A stretch of DNA of 64,000 nt from assembly GCA_002633005.1 (NCBI GenBank), contig NMRA01000290.1, positions 188,748-252,747 on the forward strand, given 5' to 3'. A program made the position numbers and the translations under genes. Below are positions 23,868-35,900 of this stretch, in pieces (the stretch's first letter is position 1; every line of letters starts with the position of its first letter). This DNA comes from Phoronis australis (taxonomy: Eukaryota; Animalia; Phoronida). The notes below the pieces were generated by a model. It saw only the letters and a program-made list of their open reading frames with translations. It was not told the DNA's origin and did not search any database.

Positions 23868-23964
23868 ATGGCTTCTCAAAAAGTTGTTCGGATTTCCCAC
23901 AAAGATTTGATAAACGTAGCTGAGAACGAGGAAAAACAGAACGCACCAGCTACGCACAATAATG
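23868..23964 (+). CDS. SMG6: SMG6 exon 1
   Basis: MASQKVVRISHKDLINV...|gtatgt; VRIS resembles the SMG6 N-terminus; phase 1 fits exon 2. Confidence 0.82.
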
Positions 23965-26900
23965 GTATGTAGAGGCCTTTATGTGAATTTGCTGTGTATG
24001 AGGTGATCTGATCCCTGTAACATTGGCGTTTCTGCAAACGCTTTCTGTTTTGCTGTTCACCGCAGGCACGCTCAGGCGCAGCCACAGCTGACTCTCGCCG
24101 TGGTGAATTTCCTGTTCTGGGTGGTACGTAACGTCGTATGGCGCCTCTTTAAATCACTTGCCAAGTGGCAATTGCCTCTTGACCAAATGGTTTGGACGCT
24201 CGACTTTCTGTGTTCGATACCCACCATCCCACCTTGGAATTTTCCATGTTGCAGTCTCGCAACAAGTGACTGGCGACATCAGTACTCTCAAACACAGTAA
24301 TTGGTGCTTTAATTATCAAAACTTGGCAACAGTAGTGTTACTATATATGGTTTCATTGAAGGTAGTTTTTCGGGCTCGTGTAAAGCTGTATTTCATCCAG
24401 CTGGCCAGCTAGCTGTATGAAGACTATCGTCAAAATACAGCTAGGTACCACAGTTTTCTTGCGGCATAGACCCCGAAATTGCACACAACCAGGGTAGTTT
24501 TGCTTGTCAACTCACCGGGAAACTTGTATCAACATTTAAAGCTAAAGACTAGACGGGGTGCATGCAAAATCTGGGAAACGACCGATACTCACCTTGGCCG
24601 TTACAACCGTTTAAGTGAAAAACAATCTAATAAACGTCATTTTTTTGAGTAATCCTCCGCCTTTCCTAACAAAGAAAAGTTATGTCGTTGTTTTGAAAAC
24701 AATACGCATGCGCCATTTCTTAAATTTTTGCGACATCTCTCGAAAGATGAAGATGGCTTGGCAGCAATAAAATTTCTGAAATTTGTTTTTTCGGTATCAA
24801 AATGCTAAAGTCTTATAATGAAGTGAAACCAGTTCCGATAATTTGTTGTGACATGTACGCAACCTCGTGAAAGAACAATATTTGATTGTAGAATCGGCAA
24901 AAAAAGAAACTGGCCAATATGTGTGCAATATTTCATGGCGCCCAAAGCTGATGCAGAAGATCGCTCCACAACTTTAGCAGCAGAACAACGGTAGAACGTC
25001 AATTTTTCCAAAACCAGAAAATAATTTAGTTTACTCAAGGAAAAATGTATTTTTTGATGGCACTAATTTTGTGTCATATTTTATCTGGTCATTTTTTTAC
25101 GCACATTGGCATAAGGTGAGTGTCGGTTGACTTCCAAATTTTGCATGCACCCTCGCTGGCCTTTAGCTCTATGTTGATACTAGTTTCACGGCGGGGTGAC
25201 AAGCAGAACTACGTGGGCTGTGTGCACTTTCGACGTCTGTTGGAGCTCAACACACAGTCGTATCTACTGAACTAGGCTATATTTTGACAATAGTTTTCAT
25301 ATACCTAGCTGGCTGGCTGGCTACACAAGACGATATGTCATCGAACACAATAACTACATTTTGATTAAAATTGCATGCCGTCTTCTGTGTCTTGAAGCCA
25401 GGGCCGCCCTCTCTGTCTTCTCTTGTTTTCGTCATAATCTTTATGATGGTTTCTTTTTTCTGCCATAGTTTACTTAGGAGGGCGAACTCCCTCTAAAATC
25501 GTCACATTGTTCTGCTTGACAAATGAAAATAAGAACCCCCAAGACAATAGCACGTGAACCAGTCGGGGACAAGTCAACGTGGGTATTATGATTCAGCCTC
25601 ATGTGTGGACTAGAGCAGTTTTAAAGGGGGTGGGAATAATACTCATCGTCTTGCTAGAGGCCACACCGAGTAACGTTCTGTACTGTACTGCTAAATCATA
25701 TGGCTGGGCCAAAATATGGAAAAAGCCTGGAAATCTTATGGCTGCACCAATTATACTCTTTATGATCAATCTAGCTAAAAAATTGCGATATTTTATTTTC
25801 CTGATAACAATAACAAGGACAATCATTGTATTTATATGTGATTTCAATGTTATTATATATAAAGTAATCTAAAATTACACTGTACAATAAGAAGTCTGTT
25901 CTAAGAAATATGGCAGTTCACTTGTTGTGAGCACAAGAACCTGTCTTCTGCCTTTCTCCCCTTTTTCTTCGTTTCGGACTAGTCCACAAATTCCTTTGTG
26001 CACGACCACACACTGTGACGTTTTGTATACAGTAGACAAGACGCAACTTAGGACATCTACTGAATCAGTAGGAGCACACTGCATCGATGTTTTTACTACT
26101 GGAGCATTGAGACGCTGACCAAACTTAACCTTAAATTCATAATAAAAACAGCACAGGGAAGAGAAAATTTATTGATTTTCATCTGGGAAATGATAGAGTG
26201 TTCGTTGCACTCTCAAAATTCGTTCGCTTCCTGGAAAATTGGCAAGTGAACTTCTAGTCGCCCAGCACAATTTTTACTCGCATTGGCGACTGGGCGAGTG
26301 GCTAAGTACATCCCTAAGTTACGTAACTGTTTCAAAACATATAGTTTAGTATATTTTATTTTTAATATCGAAAAATAAAGCAGTTGTGCAGTTCCATTCT
26401 AAGGCATCCAGCAGTGATGTATTGCCTGGAGTTGGCCAATCCCAGTAAACTGTAAAGTAATTTCTCGAGTAGCCGGTGGTTTTGATGTTCTTGTTAGAAA
26501 TGGGAATAGAATCCTTTCACGGTGAACAATGTTATGAGACAGATTTTATGAGAGTCGCTATGTGTTAATTTAAATCCATGCTGCCCTTGACTCACGTGAA
26601 AGTGTCTGCCCGAAAATATAGGTGACTGCATATTTACAGTTATATCTCTCCGAATATGGGCTTGTAAGAAGTGGCAACAAAAAAACAATAAGACTGAAAC
26701 TCCATTCAGCACTCATATGAGTGAATCTAATTTTGAATTTGAATTTCTACTTTTTTCACTCGTTTTTTCAAGCGTTTCACTAGGTAATGTCGAGCCTGCC
26801 ATGTATTTTGAATGTTGGGAGCTGAAATTTTGCTAGAATGTAAATTTTTCACCTTTTCAAAAATATACTTTACACTGAAAATTCATCAACTTCAGCACAT

Positions 26901-29900
26901 TGTCACTGGCTACCAGTTGACACTGGTTCACTCAATCACAAAGAAATATGCCCCTGTGTGAGGTATTACCCCTTAACATGCCTCCACTGCATGCCTGCTT
27001 ATGGTAACACATATTACGCATGGCATATTATACAGCTTCATAACAAAACCAGAAGCAATTCCAAATAAATAAAATTGTTATTCCAATTCTAATGTATCAC
27101 TCAACTGTTGCATCAGAAATTTGTTGGTGAACTTTGTATTCAAGTCTGATTTTAAAAGCTATTTCATTGATTAATAGTATTTGACTTAAGTAAATGGGAC
27201 AAATCTCGGACAGCTAAATGCGTTGGTCATTATGGGTTGAGCATGACATCTGCTGCCACTCACCTGCACTAACGTTATTTACTTTGTTATCCAACGCTGG
27301 CGTGTCGTGTTTACACATGGAATGTTATGTCATGAACATAAATAGCACTGGTGTGAAATAATTTAGCAGCAATTTGAATAAACATAAAACGTACCAAAAC
27401 GTCTATATTTTTGTAATGAAACTCGCTTATTTCTAAAATCAGTAACTTTGCTAAAATGACCTCGAAATTGATTTTTATTTGGTTAAGTGAACTGTAACCA
27501 AAATATGCGTTTATTGCGCTTATTGGATTACAATGACTAACTTTAAATTGTAGACGTAATATAAAAGTTTGTAATTTTATTCTACAGGGTCCTCCAAAAA
27601 TGAAAGGCACAATGACAGAGGATCGAGGAAGTCTAGGCGGCCAGCTCTGCAAATATACCAGCCAGGGATGATGCGGCAACAGAAGCCAGTCAAACAGTCC
27701 GAAGATGGTTGCAAAGCAAATAGTAAAGAAAGCTCACCTGCCCCAGATGCTGATATCAAAGAGTTGTCGGAAAAAGTTCAGACTCATAAAATTAGTGATG
27801 TGAATTCCCCAATACCTGACATATCTAGTAAATCACCTGATTTGAAGCTCAAACAAAATCTCTCTCCCGATGGCAAGGATAAGATAGGTAGAGTTCGTGT
27901 GTCGCCCAAATGTGTACAACAATCTTCGTCTCCCCTTGCAAATGACGATAATAGCAAGAAAAATGTTGAATCTAGTTCTTCGCGGAAAAAGAAAAGACCT
28001 GATATGCAAGTATACGTGCCTCGTGTTAAAACTCAACATGAAAAGAGTGATGTCACTGACGATAACCTTACTGACAAAAATAAGCCGACAGAAAATAAAC
28101 CGATAGTTTATGAAGAGGATCTATCCAACATGACTATTACTTTTGTGAATAGTAAACTATCACCCTCAAGTTGTTCACTACGGAAAGTAGACCTCAGCAG
28201 TAGTGGAAAGGATCACCAAAAAGTCTTCAGTGATACTAATAAGGAAGACGGCACGGCACTTGAAGCCCGGCCTTCGAGGAGGATTACCAACAAGGAAGAG
28301 ACCCCGTCACCAGACGCTCGTTCTTCAAGGAAGTACTCGTCCACTCGTCACAGCTCATCGGCATCGTTTAGTGATCAGACTAGTGAGCAGGAAGACAATC
28401 TGGCCAGCAGTAAGGAATGGGACAGTGAGGTGGAACGGGAAGTACTGAGGATGAAGCGAAGTATGCCACCACAGGCCGATGAGGTAGATGATGGGCTTAC
28501 CAGGTCACAGACACAGAGAGAGATTAGGCAGTTGAAGGAGGACCTCACCAAGAAGCCATCAAAGAGGCGGGGACACCAGCGGCACGGTCGGGGTGACGGA
28601 GTGGAAAATGGGAGTGGTGCTGAGGAGGTGGCAAGGAGGGGAGTGGAACAGGAGGTGAAGGAGAGAAGTGGGGTGGGGGAAAGTGTGCGTAGGACTGAGG
28701 GAGTTGTAAGTAAAGTTGGAGTGGAGAGTGGAGATGTTGGGGAGCAGGGGGTGAGGAGAGAGCCGGAGCCGGACAAGAAAGGCCGACAGGGTCAAAGGTC
28801 AGAGGGAGATGGGAATAATAGAGTGGCCAAGAACTGCGAGCGGGCGCCAGCGGCAGGCGGTGAGACGCCTGGTGATGCGCAGACTGGTAGCACCACCCAG
28901 AGGTCAAAGAAACGAGGCAAGGTCAGAGAAAGAAGGAGAGAGGTTAAGCGAGATAGTGAGCAGCTGGTAAACAGTGAAGGTGAATCAACTAGTCCTTGGC
29001 AGGGAACCCAGCCAAAATTTCGGGAAGAAGATAGTTTGAAAAGGAGGGATGGACAGTCTGGTCGTAACTTGCCAGGTCCTACGACCAGTGCAGAATCTGG
29101 TGTTGCCAACCAAAGGGGTAGAAATAACTCTGGTTCTTCGTTACAAGATCGGAACAGTCATAAAGATGTCACGCGGAATACAAACAGTCCTCTAAGTGCT
29201 CGAGACGAATCCAAAACTGCACGGGGTGGTGGTATCCTGCGTCTGCCTGCTAATTCAGTAGCCGCGAGTGGTGTGCCAGACCACCAGTTGTTACCTCAAG
29301 CTACCGACTTCCCTTCACTTCCTCAACGGCCAACCCCGTCCCGAGGTCGTGGCTTCTCCAGGGGCCGTGGTAGAGGCAGTAGGACTCTATACGACCCCAA
29401 CAACCCTAATGCTCAGCAGTCTCAGGCCTCCACTACCAACACCTTGGAATTTCATGACCCCTACGACATGCAGGACTCGCCAGACTACACAACAGGTTCT
29501 GTATACCCAGAAGACTACTACTCAGCACCGTACTTTAACTACCCACCAGCGCCGTATTTTAACTATCCTGTAGACTACTATGGAATGCCATACCAAGTTC
29601 CTCCTGCTGCAGACTTCTACATGGGGTAAGAAATTTTAAATCCTTTGTCTGTGATTGTCTGTAAACCAACCCTGAATCCATACAGGATTGAACTGATGTA
29701 TTGGCCACTTCTTTGACAGCGTCTATGGGGAATGTCATGGAGTAGGTTTTTCATTGAGCTCTTCTTAATGTTGATGTACAGGGTCTGATCACTTCCTAGG
29801 GTGCACGGCTGACAGTGATTCTGTTATTCCCACCCTTCCAAATCCTTACTAACATGCTTCCTAGTAAGTGACCGTACCTTATAGCTAAACATTTAGAATA

Positions 29901-32900
29901 TCACATTGTTTTTATTTCCCTGTCCACTGCAAACTATTATCTTTGGATGTTGTATTCAATTTTTACTCTGTTGCTTTTTGATGAAGTCTGGAGCCGCCTG
30001 TTTATATCAAGAGGATTGGCACGATATTCTTGTTTTTATTTTACTTTTACTGTAATTATTGTCAAAAGGAAATGAGGGCCATTGTACAATATAATCAAGT
30101 ATTGTAATTAGGAATTATTTGTTTTGGAAGTTCTTACTCTCCATATGTTAGTTATATCACGTTATCTAGCATTATGTCTGAAAATTTCTCTATCCAGACC
30201 AGGCCTTGAACCTATTATTCAAGTGTGGCCTGGTTGATAAGTGCCCGCTTTCTTTACTCTAGTTCGTGGGTTCAAGTCCCACCAGGTCACACTGCTAAAC
30301 CCTTGAGCCAGGTTTCTAGCTCCTCAGCTTGGTTTTAACCACATATCAATAAAAAAATATTTCCAGGTGATCAGTGCAGTGGGCCCACATGCGAGGCCTG
30401 CGCATGTCTGGTACAACGTTTATCAGACTGCCTGCAATTATTTTTTGTTATTATTCCATGCTAACCATGCAGACGCTCTAGTTCACTGACCTGTTGGGTC
30501 CATTGGTCGATTACAGAAATCTAATCCCTCTCATTGGAGGCTGATTTATAACTGCACAGTTAATACATAGAATCAAGTATTTTTTTAATGTGCCATTTCT
30601 GATTTAACCAATTCATTTTATTTCCAGTTCTGTGCGACAAGAGAATCAAGCTGCGGTTGAACAGGTTTTGGGTGAGTTAGAACCACTGCGTAACCAGCTG
30701 ATGAATATTCTGTCACGCCGGCTAAAGACAGGACGGGAACAGTTTGAGAGGATAAACAGGCTGCGGTGAGTGAGCACTGAATAAACACAGAGATGGGAGT
30801 CTGAGTTTCATTGCAATGTTATGGTTCATCGTTCGTGTATGATAGTGTAGTTACGAATTGCAACTGAATGATTAAGTAAGGTTGTGTAGGACCCTAGAAA
30901 AATGTCCAAGCTCAGTCTGTTTGATGTAGATTCTGACTAAATGACCCAGAATTCCCCGACTTTGAGGAACTCATTGTCAGAGTAGCATTCCCTAATGAGT
31001 ATGAAGGGGATTTAATAATAGAGGTAGTGAGGTTACTAAGCCATTCAGTGATTTAGCATTTTGCTGCCATAGCAGTCATTATCAGTCATGTCTATGTACC
31101 TACTTAAAGTAGGTGCATAGTTCCATCACCTCTATCTGTTGTATCTAATAAACCGCAACAGGATTTTCATGAGATTTGGCTGGTGTGTTCCTATGAAGAT
31201 GATCACAGATAGCGATTAGTTTTGGACTGATTGGACTACTGCTGTGCCCCCTAGTGGCCATTTTAATATTTTATGTTTGCCTCTGTACCTCCGGATTCCC
31301 TTGACAGATTTTCATGAAATTTGGCAAATAGATTTCTGTTAAGGAGACGACACCTTCCCATTTTCGGACAGATCCATTTTATGATACTAATAAACACCCG
31401 TTTGGATACCATTTGGGTTGCAGTTGTGGGTGGATTCTCTATGCTTTGCGTTGCTCTTTTTTATGGACATGGTTAGTCTTCATGATGGGGAAACAACATT
31501 TTGTCTGCTTACTTTTATCGTTTAAGTGTGTATCACTTACTAGCAGCTTAGTGTTGTTCACATTTCTGTCAGTGATCTTCATGTTAGATATGTCATTGTC
31601 AGTTACCAAAAGGTAAGTGTAGTGCTGATTCGACCCCTTCTATAAGTATGTTTGCCAACAATGTGGTGAACAAGGAATCAATGCTTTGTTATAGTCATTT
31701 TTTTACTAACCATCCAATAAAAATGATAATTACCTCTAGAAATTTCCCATGGCTGTTAACTTGCTGCCTTGTTCCTCATTGGTGATAACCACTAGGTGGA
31801 GCTCTTGAAAATAGTTTGTTGTAAATAGGGCTTGTGCGTAGGGAGCCCTCATCTCTGTTCTTACACCTTGGCGTCTGCTTGATGTAAATAGACTCCTGTA
31901 GTGATGAAGTTTTTCACCGAGGAATCAAGGCTAATATCTTACAAAGGACTAACTGATTGGCCGTACAATGAGGTAGATGCTTAGTTTATTAATGTCATTA
32001 TCCAGTATGCTTTTTATTTTGCAGTATCGTCAAAAACATATTTGGCTCTGGTCTTTGTTCCCTACTTATTTTAAAACTTATTCTTCATTGTTTAAAGAAA
32101 AAAACAGTTCCTTCATGGTTTTTCAAAAGTCACACAAACGCATGTAAGTTAGTTTTTAAATTACGTTGCTTGTCCAGTTCACCTCAATTACTTTTCTCAT
32201 CTAAAATTCGGTGAAAGCTACTGAGTGATAAACGTCAGCAGCCCCTACCAGGACGGGCACCACTGAAGCTAGTTTAAGATGAGGAGAAAACACCATTGTG
32301 CTTATAGTTGGTTTGCTTATGGAAAATTGAACAAATGAAGTTAAAAATTATCACACATGACATCAATAATGAACACAGACTAGAACCAACTATGTTTTTG
32401 GTTTTCAAGCCTTTATGTAATGATTTCATGTTAAGTCAGTGTAACAGATAGTATAATAACATGAGATCTGCTGATGCTACTCTTTTGAAGTGACTTTGGA
32501 ACGAAATAAGACAATTTGGCTTCAGTGACTTGTTGGTATGCCATCAACGAGTTCTTTCCTTTTTCAGTAAAGAGGTGGGACACCGTTATAAACAGTTGGT
32601 GCTACTCAGCCCAGAACTGACCAACGCTAATGGTGGCAGCATGGAACAGTCTATGTGGCGAATTGTCTTCTATCAACTCATTGAGTCGTTGCGGAAACAT
32701 GTGGCAGAAGAAAATGATGCTGATTTTAAGGAGGAGTTGTTGTCAGTGTTAGAAGAGGTAGGGCACTTTGACTGGTTTGATAGAACTGCACGGTGTGTAT
32801 TGTTAAAGGGATAGGGCACTTTGACTGGTTTGACAGAGCTACACACTGTATCTTGTTAAAGGGATAGGGCACTTTGACTGGTTTGACAGAACTACACAGT

Positions 32901-35900
32901 GTATCTTGTTAAAGGGATAGGGCACTTTGACTGGTTTGGCAGAACTACACACTGTATCTTGTTAAAGGAATAGGGCACTTTGACTGGTTTGACAGAACTA
33001 CACGATGTGTATTGTTAAAGGGATAGGGCACTTTGACTGGTTTGACAGAACTACACAGAGTATCTTGTTTAAGAGTTATTTCCTTTTTACCACCATATGG
33101 ATAGTTCAAGCCAAAAGTATTCAGACAAAAGGACAAGAAATTCTCTTGTCTTGACTATGGACAGAAGCCGAATTCATTGTGAGAGTAATCTTCCCCATGG
33201 CAGAGAATAAAAGATAACTAACAGCAATGTTAGTAAGGTGGCTTACCCATTTCGTGGATCAGATTATAATTTTGCAGCCCCAATAGTTATTACTAGTCAT
33301 TTTTGGTGTTAGCAGAATTAGCCATCATGACATTTAAGTGATATTTTGTCCAATTATTTTGTCTTGTTGTATTGTACATTCAGTTATTGGGGTCTCTTGA
33401 TTCTTTGTTGTGCCTTGTGTACTTTCCATGGATTTTTATTATCGATGAGTTTTCTGGCTCAAGGAATCCATAGCTAGCATACTGTGTGTGTTTATCTGTT
33501 GGACAACTTTTCACTGTTTCAGGCTGTAGTGTTCTACGAAGATTTGTTGAATAGACTGGAAGACACCTTTCAGTTCAAACTGGAGGACTACTTAGATCAA
33601 GACCGACAGCCACCAGAGAACAGCGGTCGACTTGTTAAGCTTGCTGTTTTGTCTGCACACCGCTCCATGATCGCTCTTGGTGACATCGCCAGATACAAAG
33701 AGCAAGCTATGGACACAACCAATTATGGAAAAGCCAGGAGGTAATCTGGTAGTGGTAGTGCCAGGAGGTAATCTGGTTATGGTAGCGCAAGTTCATTTTT
33801 GACTGCCAGTTCAGTTTTCGGAATTGGTTGACTTTTGATAGCACTATTCTTTAACCAGTTTTTCAGACCCTTTGATGGTTTCTAGTAAATATCAGTGGTG
33901 TGATTGATACAGATATCAACATTGTTGCTATATCCTTGCATACTGTTGGTGTAATTTAAATCTAATAGTCAAACTTTGTAAATACTAGGAGTATTCATTG
34001 ATATAATTATGTGGTAGTGCTCAAATGTTTTAATCTAACTGGTTAGGCTCTGTAAACTCTATGAATTGAGATCCAATACTGTGCTCACTAATTGATGGCC
34101 AGAATATCTGTGTCAGTCTCTGGATCCATTCTTAAAAAAACTTTGACGTCTTCTAGATAACAGGCTAACTCACCTATGCACTGAATTGTGGGAAATCGCT
34201 CTTGCGTGGAAACTACCGATGTGTACAGACGTTTTCTTTGAAAATTATGTTGCTTACATCCAGTACAGCTGGTTGCCGTAATAGTGAGCCATTGTTTTAT
34301 CTCCCCAAGTTAGTGACACAGTTAGTGGGAACAAATCTAAAAGTCGAAACAGATGAAAGCAAACGTGTTGTTTCACAGTGCCAACTTCCCATAAATCTCT
34401 GCTTTCATACGCTCAGTTTTCAAAGATTGGAGAAAGGTCAATTCTACATGTGATTTATGATTGGCCCCTTGCCTTACAGCTGGTACCTGAAGGCTCAGCA
34501 CCTGGCTCCAAAGAATGGCCGTCCCTATAATCAGCTGGCCATCCTGGCTTTGTACACACGAAGGAAATTGGACGCTGTGTACTTCTATATGAGGAGTCTT
34601 CTTTCAAGTAATGCATTTGAAACTGCCAAGGAAAGTCTTGTCTCATTATTCGAGGAGGTTCACAAAAAGGTACGTTCGCTAGTATGCTCGCTGTTAGACG
34701 TTTTCATTTCAGGTCAAGTTCCAATTTGTAAAGACTACTGTTTGCTTCAGCTGTTAGACAATGATGAATGCGAAATTCACTAGGTGGCACTGGTGAAACA
34801 ACGGTCGTATTTGTAAAAGTTCATGCGTGATGGTCATGTGAGACCCTTATTCCGCAAACACCTTCATGCTAATGAACAATTCTTTGTTCTCAGTGTATTC
34901 AGGTGATAAAAAAAGCTCTTACTCTATTATCACAAAAACCCATTGAATATTGAGTCGCACATTTTGTCCGAGAAATTAGAGACAATGTCAATCTCTTCTT
35001 GGTTATTTAGTCCTGTCAGGCGAGGAAGAAAGCTGAAGATGACAAACAAGCCAAGATTAAGGAGAAACAGCATCGACGCCCCTTTAGTAATCAGGAGCGA
35101 AGGATAGAAATTTGGGTATCACCGGATGGCAGTAAAGAGGCAGATGAGGTTGATGATGACAAGGAACCAGACCTGATGAAATTGTCTGTCAGTGAGGTAA
35201 ATCGAAGCTTATTTAAGTGACTTAGCTTTTCTGTTTAAACGCAGTTGTAAATTCATATCCCAGGGCTGACTTCCTGTGTTTCTATTACGTTGGGACACAT
35301 ATGTAGGTCAGTGGTATGTCATTGCTATAATTTTGCGTTTGTCACGGGGAAATTATGGACCAAGTTTTGAACTAAAGTTAGTAAAGACATGTCTGTGTTA
35401 TGTCCAGGGTGGAATTCTCGAGCAATTTTTGGCTTGTCAAACGGTATCAGAACTTGTTTTAGCTGAGTTTGAAATTTCCGATTTTTATCCCTCCATTGAC
35501 GTGCACTAAATAACAACTTTGTGCGATCTCAGGCACTGATCAAGTTTAATCTTGATTAGAGCTAGTTGTAATGAGTGCACATTGCTCTATTTTAATAGTA
35601 AATTGGCAAGAGTAATGTGTGTGTTGAATGATTTTGAAGGAAAAGACATTAAACCTCCTTGAGCCCTCAGTCTCATTGGGTCATTTGCTAATTCCAGTTT
35701 CTGTAGCGTGAGCAGATGCGAATCACTGAATCCATGCTAGATGGGATACTAGTCTGTTACAGGTTACTATCTAGCCGTGGCTTGTACTTAATTTATGCAG
35801 CTGGATTGACTGGAGCAGTGCTGGTCAGGTGACTTGCTCAAGGACACAACCACATGCCTGCAGCAGGCACAGACTGAACCTATGACCTTTCAGTTGAGCG

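Noticed and set aside
28375-29109. Several antisense ORFs of 78-133 aa
   Set aside because: Shadows of the purine-rich SMG6 exon 2
30225-30300. tRNA gene
   Set aside because: A/B boxes present but no cloverleaf or acceptor stem; continues into a SINE body
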